Shown: positions 1 through 13,146 of the stretch, one piece after another
Layout of the letters: each line of letters begins with the position of its first letter
Position numbering within the stretch: position 1 is the first letter of the stretch
Origin: Laetmonice hystrix
Lineage: Eukaryota
Length of the DNA: 64,000 bases
Direction of reading: 5' to 3'
Assembly (NCBI GenBank): GCA_965235115.1
Contig: OZ249436.1
Coordinates: 41,852,001 to 41,916,000 of the forward strand
Notes under the pieces: generated by a model
Database searches by the model: none
Told to the model about the DNA's origin: nothing
The model's input: only the letters and a program-made list of their open reading frames with translations
Position numbers and translations under genes: made by a program

Positions 1-1353
1 AATACCATCCGGGTCTAGAGCATCAGGGATATCTATATGGTACATTTTAAGGAGCTCCAATATCGAAGCCTATTTACTAAAGAACCTATGCATATTTTTC
101 TCAGTTCCTTTCGCTGAGAATGAAAAATACTGGTTAGGTTAGAGCACTTTTTACAAGTGTGGATTAAGATTTTGTAACGGGGGTCTGGATCATAGGCGGA
201 TCCAGGGGGCACGCCCCTCTAGTTTCCCTAATTCCCTAATTATATATTATTTTTTAAATAATCTTGTCATATTTACATTAGACACAGACCTAATGAGTGG
301 ACATGATGAAGCAGATGGTTGTAACTTATGACACAGAAGTCCTACATGTACAAAAGCAGAGCTTTAGTAATGCAAACTATCAAACACTTTAGTAAAATCC
401 TGGATTCGCCAGTGTAAGATGGAGGAGTTTCAGGAATTAAAGGCACACTGTTTTTAAAACCTGTAATATCCGCACCCTGCCATATAAATCAGCTTAGTGT
501 CACATGTAAAACTCAAATAAATTGAAGTGACACCAACCAAATGTAATGTGAGAACGCTCAGCTGGCTCCGTTGCAATCTAAAGCTCTACCTTCGAACCGA
601 TTGGCCATTTTGGATAACCGTGCAACGGGAATTCCCACGCTCAGTTTCAGCGCCTCTCACACACTCAGGTGACACTCGGAGCGTCGGGTTTCAAGGCCAT
701 CCACCGATCTATTTCAATGCCACGAGCACTGTCACGTCTCCTGTCCAACTCCTTCTTTCTCAGCTTTTTAGCTCTGTTGCATACATCGACTTTCGTCACT
801 TAAAACCCTCCGGCATACTTACAAAGCAAGCGTATGATGATGATCAAATATGGTGGAGCGATACCTGAAGTCATTTGCAGCGCCCCTTTCGGAGAACGGA
901 GGCAAATTCAAACTCCTGCTAATTATCATGTTTTAGCTTCGGTCCGAGTTTTAGTTAACAAAAATCATCATACTGCAGTACCTCAGTAACAGTGTGTCTT
1001 CATATGTCAATAGGTTGCTGTAGGGGACAGGTAAGTGTTTTATTCTCGAAGATACTAACGATGCCGTTTTAACGCACGTACATGATAGTAGTCCGTGTGT
1101 ACGTGATATTTTAACGTAACGTACTAACAATGCACTTTCCTTTTCTTCAATAAATCAAGAACCCACCAACCAAAAAGACTCTCTTTCATATCAAGGATCT
1201 AGATGAAATATTCTCGTGCCAACAAAGAATATAGGCCTACTTACTGTTTTGCATGGCCTTCCATTCCTCGCCTCCGTATTCGATGCGGGTGTCTTTAAAC
1301 GGTTTATTATACATGGTGTAAAGAATGCGGATCACTTCGGCCCGACCACTCAC

Positions 1354-1416
1354 ATTGAAGTAGATGAGTTCGTCCACCTCACCACCAGACCTGCTCGACG
1401 AATTCCCGTTTCCCAT
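1354..1416 (-). CDS. Candidate first coding exon of a minus-strand gene running off the left edge (MGNGNSSSRSGGEVDELIYFN)
   Basis: Exon 1424-1354 is bounded by gttttaacag| and |gtgagt. The ATG at 1416 gives an MGxxxS N-myristoylation pattern. Other frames cannot be excluded. Confidence 0.4.
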
Positions 1417-1642
1417 CTCCGAGTCTGTTAAAACTAATCATACACAATCAAAAAAACTTACACGAACATAACCAACTGATCCAGTAATGGGTAACTAGAT
1501 CAAATATATCAAATATCGTATATTAGGCCTACGTTTATATTGGAGACAGAATAATTTTTTTCAGACGGGAAATCGTAGTTAACTAGTCAGTTGAAACCTT
1601 CCATACAGATGGCGCCCCCTACATGATCACAGAGGAAGCTAG

Positions 1643-1678
1643 ACCATATCCCGGCAAGGTACCTTGCCGGGATATGGT
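1643..1678. repeat. Perfect 36-bp palindrome
   Basis: ACCATATCCCGGCAAGGT-ACCTTGCCGGGATATGGT, with no spacer. Confidence 0.9.
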
Positions 1679-4507
1679 GTAGATGAATGTAGATTTGGAA
1701 GTTTGATTATATTGTTGATCCCAATAGATTGGGGGTAACTCTGATATATTGAACACAGCCGGATCTCATCGCCAGCCTGTTTATCATAATTACTAGACGC
1801 AACGGAACTTTATATTCATTTTAGAACATGTCCGCTCGCCTGGGGTTAAAAATAGCGACTGTGGCCATAGAAGAATTTGGCCCACGAAACGGTCTGTCCT
1901 TGGTTCGCTACACATGTCCTGGCATGGAACGTCCGTGAACCTTTCCTGTGTCTTTGTATCTGTATACTGTGGGTCGCAATCTGTAGGCCTACAGACACAC
2001 GGTGCAAGGTCATTCACGTCGTCTGGCCTACTTGTGAAATGTTTGCTCCAACAGAGGTCATCGAGGTCATCATGTTGGTTTAGACTATTCCATATTGCGG
2101 ACTTTTACAGTAGCAATTATAGTGGTACATCATTTTCTACAGGAGTTTTAAATACCACCAAGTTGAAACACGTGAGCACGTGTTTTCATGTGTTGTATAT
2201 AATGTACATCGACTCGAATTATTCATCTAACTCGAGGTAGACGTTGTCTTATAACGACTGCATCCTGATTAAAATGACTGTGGGCATAACCCCCCCCCCT
2301 CTCCTTGGATCCGCGCCTGAAGTGATGTCAAATGATACCTTGCCCCCTCCCCCCTTTATTGTGTAACACAATTCAGCGGGAGATATCAGGTCATATGCTG
2401 ATAATCCATAATCATGTATCTTACCGTTTCAAACAAAAAGACACTATAATTACCAGCGGAGGGCGAGTGCCCTTTAGAAGGTTTTGTCGGTCTCAAAGAA
2501 AGAATCAACTTATAAAACGGCCATGTTTTTCCCCGCGGGGTGTGTGCGAGATACAAACCGTGCACGATTTCTTGCAGTCGGTCAGAGTTCTTCTCGTTTC
2601 GCTCGGCTGACTACACTGAGTGGCTCCGCGTGGTTAATGTCTGGCACTGTGTACCTTCTATATCCGTATACTGTGTTATTTCAGAACCCCCTTGTTTCAT
2701 AACCAAATATCTAAGATCTAGTTCTGCAGAGAGTATACTGTATTGTGAACAGGCGTTGGATCCGAGTGGCCCTGTACGGATTAAGCCCCAACTCGGCGCC
2801 AGAGATTATGGTCCCTCTGTATTTACTTAGTACCGACCCACTTCCATACGTAATACTCTTCCGTGTAGAAGTAAAATCATGTCTCTAGACCTATATAAAA
2901 ATGTAAGACCGTGCTCGTTCTTTGACATCGAATTTGTTAATGTTTCACTGGGCTAAAACAAAAATTGGCCATGGTCCGCACAACTGTATTGTTTCCAGCT
3001 CAACCGCCGATATGTTAATTTGGGTAATTGATTGGTAAAATTACAATGTCAATGTATATCTGCATTGCTTCCTTATAAAGACCATCGAAGTACTTTGCAT
3101 GAAGTCTCCTGAACAGCTAGTGTAGGCCTACATGCCAAATCTCTATGGTTTTTTTTTTACCTTTTTGTTTTGCCCACTCGTGAGAGCATCAAACAGTATC
3201 CGATTATTGGAGGACATAAACCTGATAATATTATATAGTTTCGAAACCAGATGTTCTTATACCATTTCGGATGATGAAGTAACACCAGTGGTAATAATTA
3301 AATAATATATAACAAACTTACAGCAGATGTCGAATTGCTTCGTACAAGATGTTCTCCCCGTGGTGTTTTGGCGTTCTTTAAGGAATAAATCGCCACCCCA
3401 GTGTCTTTACCAGTCCTAATGGTGACAGGCTGGTCACGCTTGGTAAAATAGGTCATCCTTATCTGCCGCCCCAGCTGAGTCATGTAATACAACATGATGT
3501 CTGCGGGGGGAGGGGTGAATGCGCATATCTTGGCGGGGCGCATACGGAAGTCACGCTTCGTCTTAGATGTACCTATATATAATTTAGATACATAATTTCA
3601 ATTAAGTACTAAAAAAGTACTCTAACGCGAATCGGGGGTGGGGTATGCTGATCAAATATATAGGTCCAAAATGATTGTGCCCCTACAAGTTTGTCTTATG
3701 AATGAAAACTCAAGTTTAAATTCCAAGTTCGTACACCACCGCCTCCTTGTTTGTAGAAGAATTACCTTAAATTGCCTCCGATCGCTGTCGGTAAATATAG
3801 CCGAGTTTACCTTCGCCAGCCTGTCGCTGTTGTACTTAGTGTATACGGAAGGTGCGACGAACCGATTATTTAGGAGGAGATAGGAATCGCAATTTGTGAA
3901 AGCAACGGCGCTGGAAGCAAGTTGTTGTTTGGGCAAAGAGATCAGAAGCGAATGTGATACTGTCACGCCGAGTTGAAGCAAAACTTCTTTTATTTTTATT
4001 TTCCATTCGATATACGTAATTGTAAGGTGATGGGAGACATGGCACCTATTGAACTTCCTGTTGGAAACAGGAAGCAGAAACCAGGCGGTCGGTATAGTTC
4101 CGATCACTGCAAACATTACATCCGTGTCTACTGTCTGACACGATCCGACACGACAGTCGTGAGGTGTTATCAACAAAGTGTGCGCCTGGGGGTGCATGGT
4201 GGTGGTGGTGGTGGTGGGGGTTAATGGAGTGGTGGGGGACCACACGTGCACCACACACGCGCGCGCCGCGCGCGCTATAGGCCTACGTCCATGCTATGCA
4301 TGATCGTGAATGAGTGTTGAGGTAACCATGCAGGGGGCAGCACCTGTCTGTTAGCTCTGGGAACCCCTGCATTAAAACTACACCAGTTCACTGAATGTCT
4401 CGGAATAAACAGGAATGTACATACAAAGAGGTGTTAGGCTTTATTCACAACATTAATCATTCGAATTTAAACAACATGTGGCCATGTCGTTTCATCCAAT
4501 AGATCTT

Positions 4508-6111
4508 AAGCCGGTCATACACGTTCCGACCGGTCATACACGTACCCACCGGTCATACACGTACCCACCGGTCATACACATACCCACCGGTCATACACGT
4601 ACCCACCGGTCATACACGTACCCACCGGTCATACACGTACCCACCGGTCATACACGGACCCGCCGGTCATACACGTACCCGCCGGTCATACACGTACCGA
4701 CCGGTCACACACGTACCCACCGGTCATACACGTACCCGCCGGTCATACACGTACCCACCGGTCATACACGTACCGACCGGTCATACACGGACCCGCCGGT
4801 CATACACGTACCCACCGGTCATACACGTACCCACCGGTCATACACGTACCCACCGGTCATACACGTACCCACCGGTCATACACGTACTCACCAGTCATAC
4901 ACGTACCGGCCGGTCATACACGTACCCACCCGTCATACACGTACCGACCGGTCACACACGTACCCACCCACCATACACGTACCGACCGGTCATACACGTA
5001 CCCACCAGTCATACACGTACCGGCCGGTCATACACGTACCCACCCGTCATACACGTACCGACCGGTCACACACGTACCCACCCACCATACACGTACCGAC
5101 CGTTCATACACGTACCCACCAGTCATACACGTACCGACCGGCCATACACGTACCCACCCGTCATACACGTACCGACCGGTCACACACGTACCCACCCACC
5201 ATACACGTACCCACCGGTCATATACTCATACCGACTGGTCATAAACGTACCCACCGGTCATACACGTACCCGCCGGCCATACACGTACCCACCAGTCATA
5301 CACGTACCGGCCGGTCATACACGTACCCACCCACCATACACGTACCGACCGGTCATACACGTACCCACCCGTCATACACGTACCGACCGGTCACACACGT
5401 ACCGACCGGTCACACACGTACCCACCGGTCATACACGTAGCCTACCAGCCGGTCACACACATACCGACCGGTCACACACGTATCCACCGGTCATCCACGT
5501 ACCCGCCGGTCATACACGTACCCACCGGTCATACACGTACCCACCGGCCATACACGTACCCGCCGGTCATACACGTACCCACCGGTCACACACGTACCCA
5601 CCCACCATACACGTACCGACCGGTCATACACGTACCCACCGGTCATACACGTAGCCTACCAGCCGGTCACACACATACCGACCGGTCACACACGTACCCA
5701 CCGGTCATACACGTACCCACCGGCCATACACGTACCCGCCGGTCATACACGTACCCACCGGTCACACACGTACCCACCGGCCATACACGTACCCGCCGGT
5801 CATACACGTACCCACCGGTCATACACGTACCCACCGGTCATACACGTACCCACCGATCATATACACGTACCGACTGGTCACACACGTACCCACCCGTTAT
5901 ACACGTACCGACCGGTCATACACGTACCCACCGGTCATACACGTACCGACTCAACTCCACCCAACTGTTTTTTATGCCTTGAAAACACATAAACACATGG
6001 CCAGTCAGGGTGAGTTGAATGGAGTCGCGCTAGGCGAGGCGAGTGGTTTTTTAAGGCATAAAAACTATAGTTGGATGGAGTTGAGTCGGGTCGGTACGTG
6101 TAGGACGCCTA
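4508..6111. mobile_element. MITE with expanded left TIR (contains the 19-bp minisatellite)
   Basis: TACACGTACCGACTCAACTCCACCCAACTGTTTTTTATGCCTT (about 5938-5980) is an inverted repeat of AAGGCATAAAAACTATAGTTGGATGGAGTTGAGTCGGGTCGGTACGTGTA (about 6053-6102). Confidence 0.7.
4510..5950. repeat. 19-bp minisatellite (ACCCACCGGTCATACACGT), roughly 75 copies
   Basis: A directly visible tandem array. The 320-aa ORF at 4478-5440 cycles through its three frames. Confidence 0.97.
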
Positions 6112-6718
6112 TGAAACTATATAATAATGGTCAATTATAGTGCTCCCCAAGGTTTTGGTTTCATAACCTATAGCTTACACTACCTAACAGTAAAGTAAGT
6201 ATCTCCAGTAACAGGCATACATATTGTATATCAATATCTCAAATGGGTAATTATTTTTGCCTACTCTAGGCCTACAGACGCGCGATGCGCCATTATTTTG
6301 GTCCCGGCGGGCAGTGCGTTTATTTTGGTCCGCCATAGTATCGTCACCCTCCGGGGTGTGTCCAGTAATTCTGGCAGCCTTGAAACGAGATACATATTAT
6401 GTGTTCCGCGTTCGACTAGTATAGACTACTGTAGATTATAATTACTGGCATAATATTACATATCGTTTCACACGCCTTTTTTTAAGTCACCGGTCATCAA
6501 TCTTTGATGGCATAATCATAAGATTGTAAATGTAATATCTAGAGTTATAGAACACAGTATCATGCACAGGGAGGGTCGAAGTCTACTGCATGGAGCCAGC
6601 CCCGCTCTGCCCTACTGTTATATACCAGGCCACATTCCTAGAAGCCGCTCCTAGAAGTGGCACAAGTGTACCCGGAGCAGATGGTCTGTTTATCCGGGGT
6701 CTATTTTGAGGCGTAGTG

Positions 6719-6728
6719 GCGCATGCGC
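6719..6728. promoter_or_regulatory. NRF1/ewg-type palindrome GCGCATGCGC about 150 bp upstream of the TnC ATG
   Basis: Exact consensus match in a GC-rich promoter-like stretch. Confidence 0.4.
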
Positions 6729-6877
6729 CATGGGGCCTCTCGCAATGGATGCTGGGTAGGTAACACGAGCCAACTGCGTATTTTGGGGGTGAGAAGAGCC
6801 AGGGGAACGCGGGCAGTAGGCGCACCGTCTTTCTTTGCTGGGCGCGAAATCGCAAGGTAACAGAGCAAATCGTCATC

Positions 6878-7996
6878 ATGGTGAGTCGTCAGATTTTCAT
6901 TTATCCCCGTTTTCCTGGACTGTTTACAAAACCCAATACTATCTCCAGCTAATTCTCCCAACTGGCTCTGTCGAAGCCATTCCACCTTCTACTGCGAGTT
7001 TTATTTTAAGAAAAAAGTTGCTCGAATTCTAGGATATCTGCCATTGATGAAAGCATGGTCCTAATAATCCGTTCCGAGAGATACTAACTCGGCCTACTAT
7101 CGATAACCTTCAGACTTCTCTGTACTACAAATCGACAAGTTATCTCTAAAGGTTTATTCCAGTATATCCGAGAACTGGTTTTTAAATGGCTACTCATTTT
7201 CCAATATCATCAAGTTAGGTATACATATAGCTCAAAACTTTATATTTACATGAGGTTAATTGCTATGATATCTCGCAATTCCAGTCGGAGACCGAAATAA
7301 AGCTGACGGATACCCAGTGTAAAGGTAAGCTATGCTTTCTGATGAAACGAAACAATTACTAACTTCGTCCTTGCCGAAAAGCTGAACCTTGCATTGATAA
7401 GAACGCCGCCCGCAAGCTTAGGTTATGCGGGCGACCGGTCGCTGGTAAGGTCAATCTAACATGATAGCTGGTGAAAGGTTTCGACCATCTACCAGTTGCC
7501 GGCCCGTGAAATCACCATGGAAACCGACACTTGATTCCAAGGATTATCCAGCTGTTGTTCAGTTGTTCAGACCGGGCCGCAGGAACTTCTGTGTGATTGT
7601 AATTTGTCTACCACGTTGCTAACTGCCTTTTTACGAGATTGAGTGTGTTATTGGAATGCTGATTGCCCTTTTCGTCATGAGAATAAAGGATATAGTATCA
7701 TGGATCCATGGAAACACCAAGGGTATAACGATAGGATGCCGACGATAGGATTATATATGTACGCCATACTGGCTGGATTTGGATCCTGATCGGGGAGTTG
7801 TTGTAGTTTGGTTGTCTGCAGTGTGTAGGTCAAGAGGGGCCACCGAAGAGTACGTCTGGTTGGATCTGTAGCTAGGCGGCCCGACGTGCTCCCGTCGGAC
7901 CGGGAGCAGGCGGCTCACCGTTACCCCCTGAGTCATTGGGGGCCAGCCTTATATGGCGCCGTGTTGGGGTACTTGGGGTACTGGCCGGCCAGCGGC

Positions 7997-8045
<49 letters not shown>

Positions 8046-11000
8046 ACTGCCGCCGCCGCTGTTGCTGCTGCTGCTGCTACCTGGGGTCAGAGTAATGGCA
8101 GCCCAGCCCCCTACAGTCAGCGGAGGGCCAGTATCAAGGCCTCGAGTACCACGAATGCCAGCCATATATACATATGGATCGGCGTGCGGTCTGTAACCAA
8201 GAAATTCTGGCCAGAACTCCAGCAAAATTTAACCTTGTTGACCACAGAACAATTCGGACCCAAACAAAATCCTAAATGCTCACTGAATTATAATATAATC
8301 ATTTTAGTATCATGAACTCAATCATGAATTTGATAAGGCATGGTTGTTCATAGTAGCGTGCATAACCGTTAGATCTCTCAAATTTGTAAGCGTTTCGTTA
8401 ACCGTTTTTAATATAATATATTACATTTTCAATTTATAGCATAATTTTAGCGCTCTTCGTGATCATTCTCCCATCTGACCTTCATTACCATCTCTTGAAC
8501 GTTCTCTTAAACCTCCTGTGTTTAAAAAGCAAAGCAGATAGAAACTTTTTAAACCAAAAACAATGAGGTGCTCATTGCCCATACCACAAAGGTCATGTCA
8601 ATGACGTAATAGGACCCTGACCAAATGGCCGACAGCCGTAACACCCCGAAGGTCAATGACGTAAATTGGCTGCGTATATTTTGGAAAAACAGCTACCTCT
8701 GGCCACGTTAAAAAGAAAGTGCCCGCAGAAAGGATTGTAACACTCCATGTATTTAATCGCCTCAGCCGTTCTATTGTAAGATACACAGGCCAATATTCGC
8801 ACTGATCCGGTCACAACGAAACTGTCCAAACGAAAGAATAAAAACGAAACACTGGTGGAGATGATGTCACGGCAGACTCCTGATTCATCAAAACGAATTA
8901 AAGTTATTCAGTTACATAATGTATATATACAAGATATGTCTTTTTAGGTTACTATTTCTACAGGTTTAATCTTAGCAGGATATCCATGATATTTTACTTA
9001 CAATAAGGAACTTATGCACCACTGGCCAGGATGTACGTCACTTCCGGTCTAATTCGTGATCTTAAACTTTTCTCTTTTTCACGGTAAATAAAGTCCACTG
9101 AAAGTCTATTTCCTGTATTCTTCAGAAGTACGTTATGTTGAGTTTATATTGTAGGTCATGAACAAAGGTTCTATTGTTGGTTTACCATGGTATACAGGGG
9201 CGGATCGAGGTTTGCGCCAACCGGGGGGTTGTGGGGTGAAAAGGGGGGTGGGTTGTGGGTGCGGTGTGTGTGTGTGAATTTTGTGTGAACCTTTCAAGCA
9301 GAAAAAGAAATAATGGGCGCAGTACAGATGAAACAGGGGGTGCAACCCCAGTAACCCCACCCACCCCCCTTAACTCCGCCACTGGTATAGACCTATAGAG
9401 AGAGGCATCCTGCATGATGTTGCCAAAAATCTTGAAAGAAGGACAGGTTTGTATAACAGGAATAGAATGGCACACATTACCCCAATGTGTATTCCTTGTT
9501 TCAGCGGCCCAAGAAGCCTTCAACATTTTCGACAAGAGAGATGAGGGTAAGATCAAGATTGGTGACCTCGCCCAGGCCATGAGGAAGATCGGTCACAACA
9601 TCAAACCCAACTGGCTCGAGGAGATCGAAGAGGACATCGACGCTGAAGGTTAGTGTCTCCCGCAAGCCGTTGAAAACTTAAGATTATGCTTAAAGCTGCA
9701 GATGAAATCCTCAAAAAGTTACCTTTGACCCTCAGCAACACCATATTTAAATTTCATGTTTGAATGGTGAGTGAAAGTATACAAAATTGAAGTTACAATC
9801 CAATCCTCCCCACGCTCGGGGTTGAACGGCTTCCAGCGACCCCCCCCCCCCCACCCCCACCCCCACCCCCACCCCCACCCCCACCCCACGACAGCCCGCC
9901 TATTTTCACCGGAGAGTAGATCGCAGCATCATCTGCTTACGACCTAATTATTCTCCGTGTTTTTAGACACGAACCAATCAGATTACAGCACTGCCTGAGG
10001 AGCGATTAATAAAAATTAGCTTGTATTTTCTGGTTAGCCAATAGGAACATCCCGAGTAAAGTTATTGTTGTCGAAGCAAGATGGCGAAGCCAAGGGTGGC
10101 AGCAACGGGTAGGCATTAAATCCAGACAGTGGGGGAAACAACTTTGAGTTGTCAGGGCTTCAAGAACACACACTATAACTATACTCCTATCCCGACCCTT
10201 AACCTTAACCCACGGGGACGGCAGAGGCCGAGACCGACAGCTAGCGCCGGCGACACCGGGCCGAGCAGGCCGGTGTTCGGATGCCAACCGAAGCGAAGCG
10301 ACGATGCTGAAATGAGCAGAGCTAAAATTTGGAATTTCGCTTGTTACCCCGTATTAAGTGTTGCAAACTGTATTGTCAGAGAGGGACACATTTGTGTATC
10401 AGCGAACTGGACTCAAGATGGGGATTTCCCTACATCCGCCTACTTTCGGTATGGTCGTATTGAGGGCAATGCCTACCAGCCTCACCTCCCAGATAGCGCT
10501 CGGTCCGAACGGTAACGAGAGGGCCAATTGTAACTCCCTGGCGCTATATTTTCACTGATCACTCAAACCTGAAAATTTAACATGGTGTTGCTGAGAGTAA
10601 ATGTTACCTTTTTGAGGAATTTCATCTGCAGTTTTAACGCGTCCGCCCTGACCCCATAGAGGGCGCCAGTGTATAAGTGTGGTACTTGCGCCTGGTTTGT
10701 GATGCAACACACGGGCGACTTTTTGGAAACGAAAGAAAGTTCGAAATGTATGGACTGTAAAGTATGAACCTGGCGCCACCTGTCCGCTAACGGTTCCAAA
10801 CTATATTGAGTATTTTTTCTATCTAGAATGCTACTCTCTGCACTCCCTACTGCTCTTTTCAATCTGAATGCAATTTTTTTTAATATTTCACCACTTACGC
10901 GATTTATCATTGCGAAACCATCTCAATGCCGTAAACATTCTTTACGGACGCCCGTTCATGGTATGGGTTAAAGTCGGGGACTAAATATATTTTCTTTAGC

Positions 11001-13114
11001 GAATATTTTCCCCGTCTATATTGCCGACAGAAATTAATTATTTTCAATTCTTTCTGACCCATGCCACAAACTAGTTTCCGAAGTTTTCAAATACGTGACG
11101 GTATATAACTATAATTGTTTAGGTACCGGATTTGTTGAGTTCGACGAGTTCAAACACATCGTCCTAAAAAAGATCAAGGAAGACGAGGACGAGAGGGAAC
11201 TCCGGGATATCTTCCGTGTCCTTGACAAGGAAAAGAAGGGAGAAGTCAACGTGATGGAGCTCAGGTAACACGACGTTCACGTTAATATTAATACGTGGGC
11301 GTTGATCGGGAGTTCATGGTTGGTTTTTGTATGAGATCGGAAACATGAACCCTCTTGAACGCAATCCCAGGATAGACTGAAAACCTTGGTCTAACATTTT
11401 GTTAATAGCGAGAGCTAGACTCTTGTGGTTTTAGGAATGATTCGAACTCTCTGATTTATGGAGACTCTATGACGCGTATTCAAAATTTCAATAATGAAAA
11501 GTGGGGGACGCTGTCTGCTCTTGGAAAGTATAGACGTATTATTAAAGAATGTCTTGATGAAACAACTTTTTTCTTGAGATACCCTATAAAAGGTAAAAAG
11601 ACAATACAAGAACGAAAAAGTGCAATAAATCGCGAGGCGAATGGTAAAATCGAATTCATCCCTCCAAACAACAGGCAATCACATTTAGTTTTCCACCTAC
11701 TAATGTCATTGTGTTGCAGATGGATTTTGAAGAGCCTAGGTGACGACCTGACAGAAGAAGATATCGATGACATGATCGCCGATGTTGACACTGACGGCAG
11801 TGGATGGGTCGACTACGATGGTATGTCAGCCAACTCACTCACATCGCATGCCATTATCATGCATGACGTCATTGTAACGTGACAAAGGTCAACGCCTCTG
11901 TATCCTTCTGAAAATTGGCATTTTTCTGTTGTTCTAGACGTTTAGCAATACTGAATCTATAACTTGCACGCGAAGTGGCATATCTTAATGTTGATATTAC
12001 GTACGCTATTATATAGACCCATACAATATCCGCAGTCGTTATAGTTTAATTCTGCTCCTTGTGCCAGAAGTAACCATAGACTGAGATATTGGTAACTATG
12101 TCATAGGATTAAGGCTATAGGAGAAGTTCATTAAATTAACTTGTTGCTTCACGTAATGCCACGCCAAACTCATGCGGCTTAACTTAGTTAATCTCTAAAG
12201 AACAAAGCTTTACGGTTTTTGGGGGTGTCGGCGCAATTCAAGGAACTATCAGATTGCGTTGTTCGCATTACGGGGTCTGTTGATACGGCTTGATAAGTAC
12301 AACCCATCTATTATCTAAAGAGACTAGGAATCTCGGTTTCTCGTTCGCCAAACACCTGTTTTCGTCGAAACCTGTGCCGATGTACTACCATCTTATTCGA
12401 TTATGCATCATCGTCTCTTTTGGTCACGTAACTTTGACGGCATGTGTTAATATTCCCAGGCTTTATTTTGCATGCTGCATGTTGTTTTTGTTGATGATGT
12501 TGTTGTTGTTGGCCTGCCCACGACGTGGATAGATACCGAACATTCTATAGCCTATACCTATATTCCCTGGTCCAGCTGGCCTTATAGCGCAGGCCTCCGA
12601 AGACCAACAGCCTCTACTGACGCAGGCTGAGAGCAAACCAAATGGCTTTTTTTCAAAACCAATTTTCAAATTCTACCTTTTTTCAGTTTCTGCACTGTGC
12701 AACATGCACGTCGTCCGCATGAAGGCGCGGAGTGCTGACGGCCGCATGTGACCCGAACTCAACACAAACCTTGCTTTGTAAAGAATCACTTGATGGTGTT
12801 GATGGTAGAACGGCAGTTGATGACCGTCATGGTGGCCGCACCACAGGAAGCTATTCTTTTGACGTCATCTGCACCCTGTGCCTCCCTGTGTGACCCAAGC
12901 CATGGCGCACACGTGTATAAGTGCGTGTCCAGAGTTCTCTGAACTTCTTGAAGCTAGGCTGTAATAACGCTGCTTCTTGGAATCAATGCTGTGGACTGTA
13001 CTGCACCTGGCTTCACTGTGGCGAGCATAATAATAAGGAAGCCACTCATTATATTTTTCCTCCCCCTCTTCTGCTTCTTCTTCCTCCTCTTCCTCTTCTT
13101 CCTCTTTCTCTTCT

Positions 13115-13146
<32 letters not shown>

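Noticed and set aside
3652..4254. 200-aa minus-strand ORF
   Set aside because: It has no recognisable domain or codon bias, includes a (CAC)n repeat and has a non-ATG start.
4478..5440. 320-aa His/Thr/Pro-rich ORF
   Set aside because: It is the translation of a stop-poor 19-bp minisatellite, with a non-ATG start and frame-cycling periodicity.
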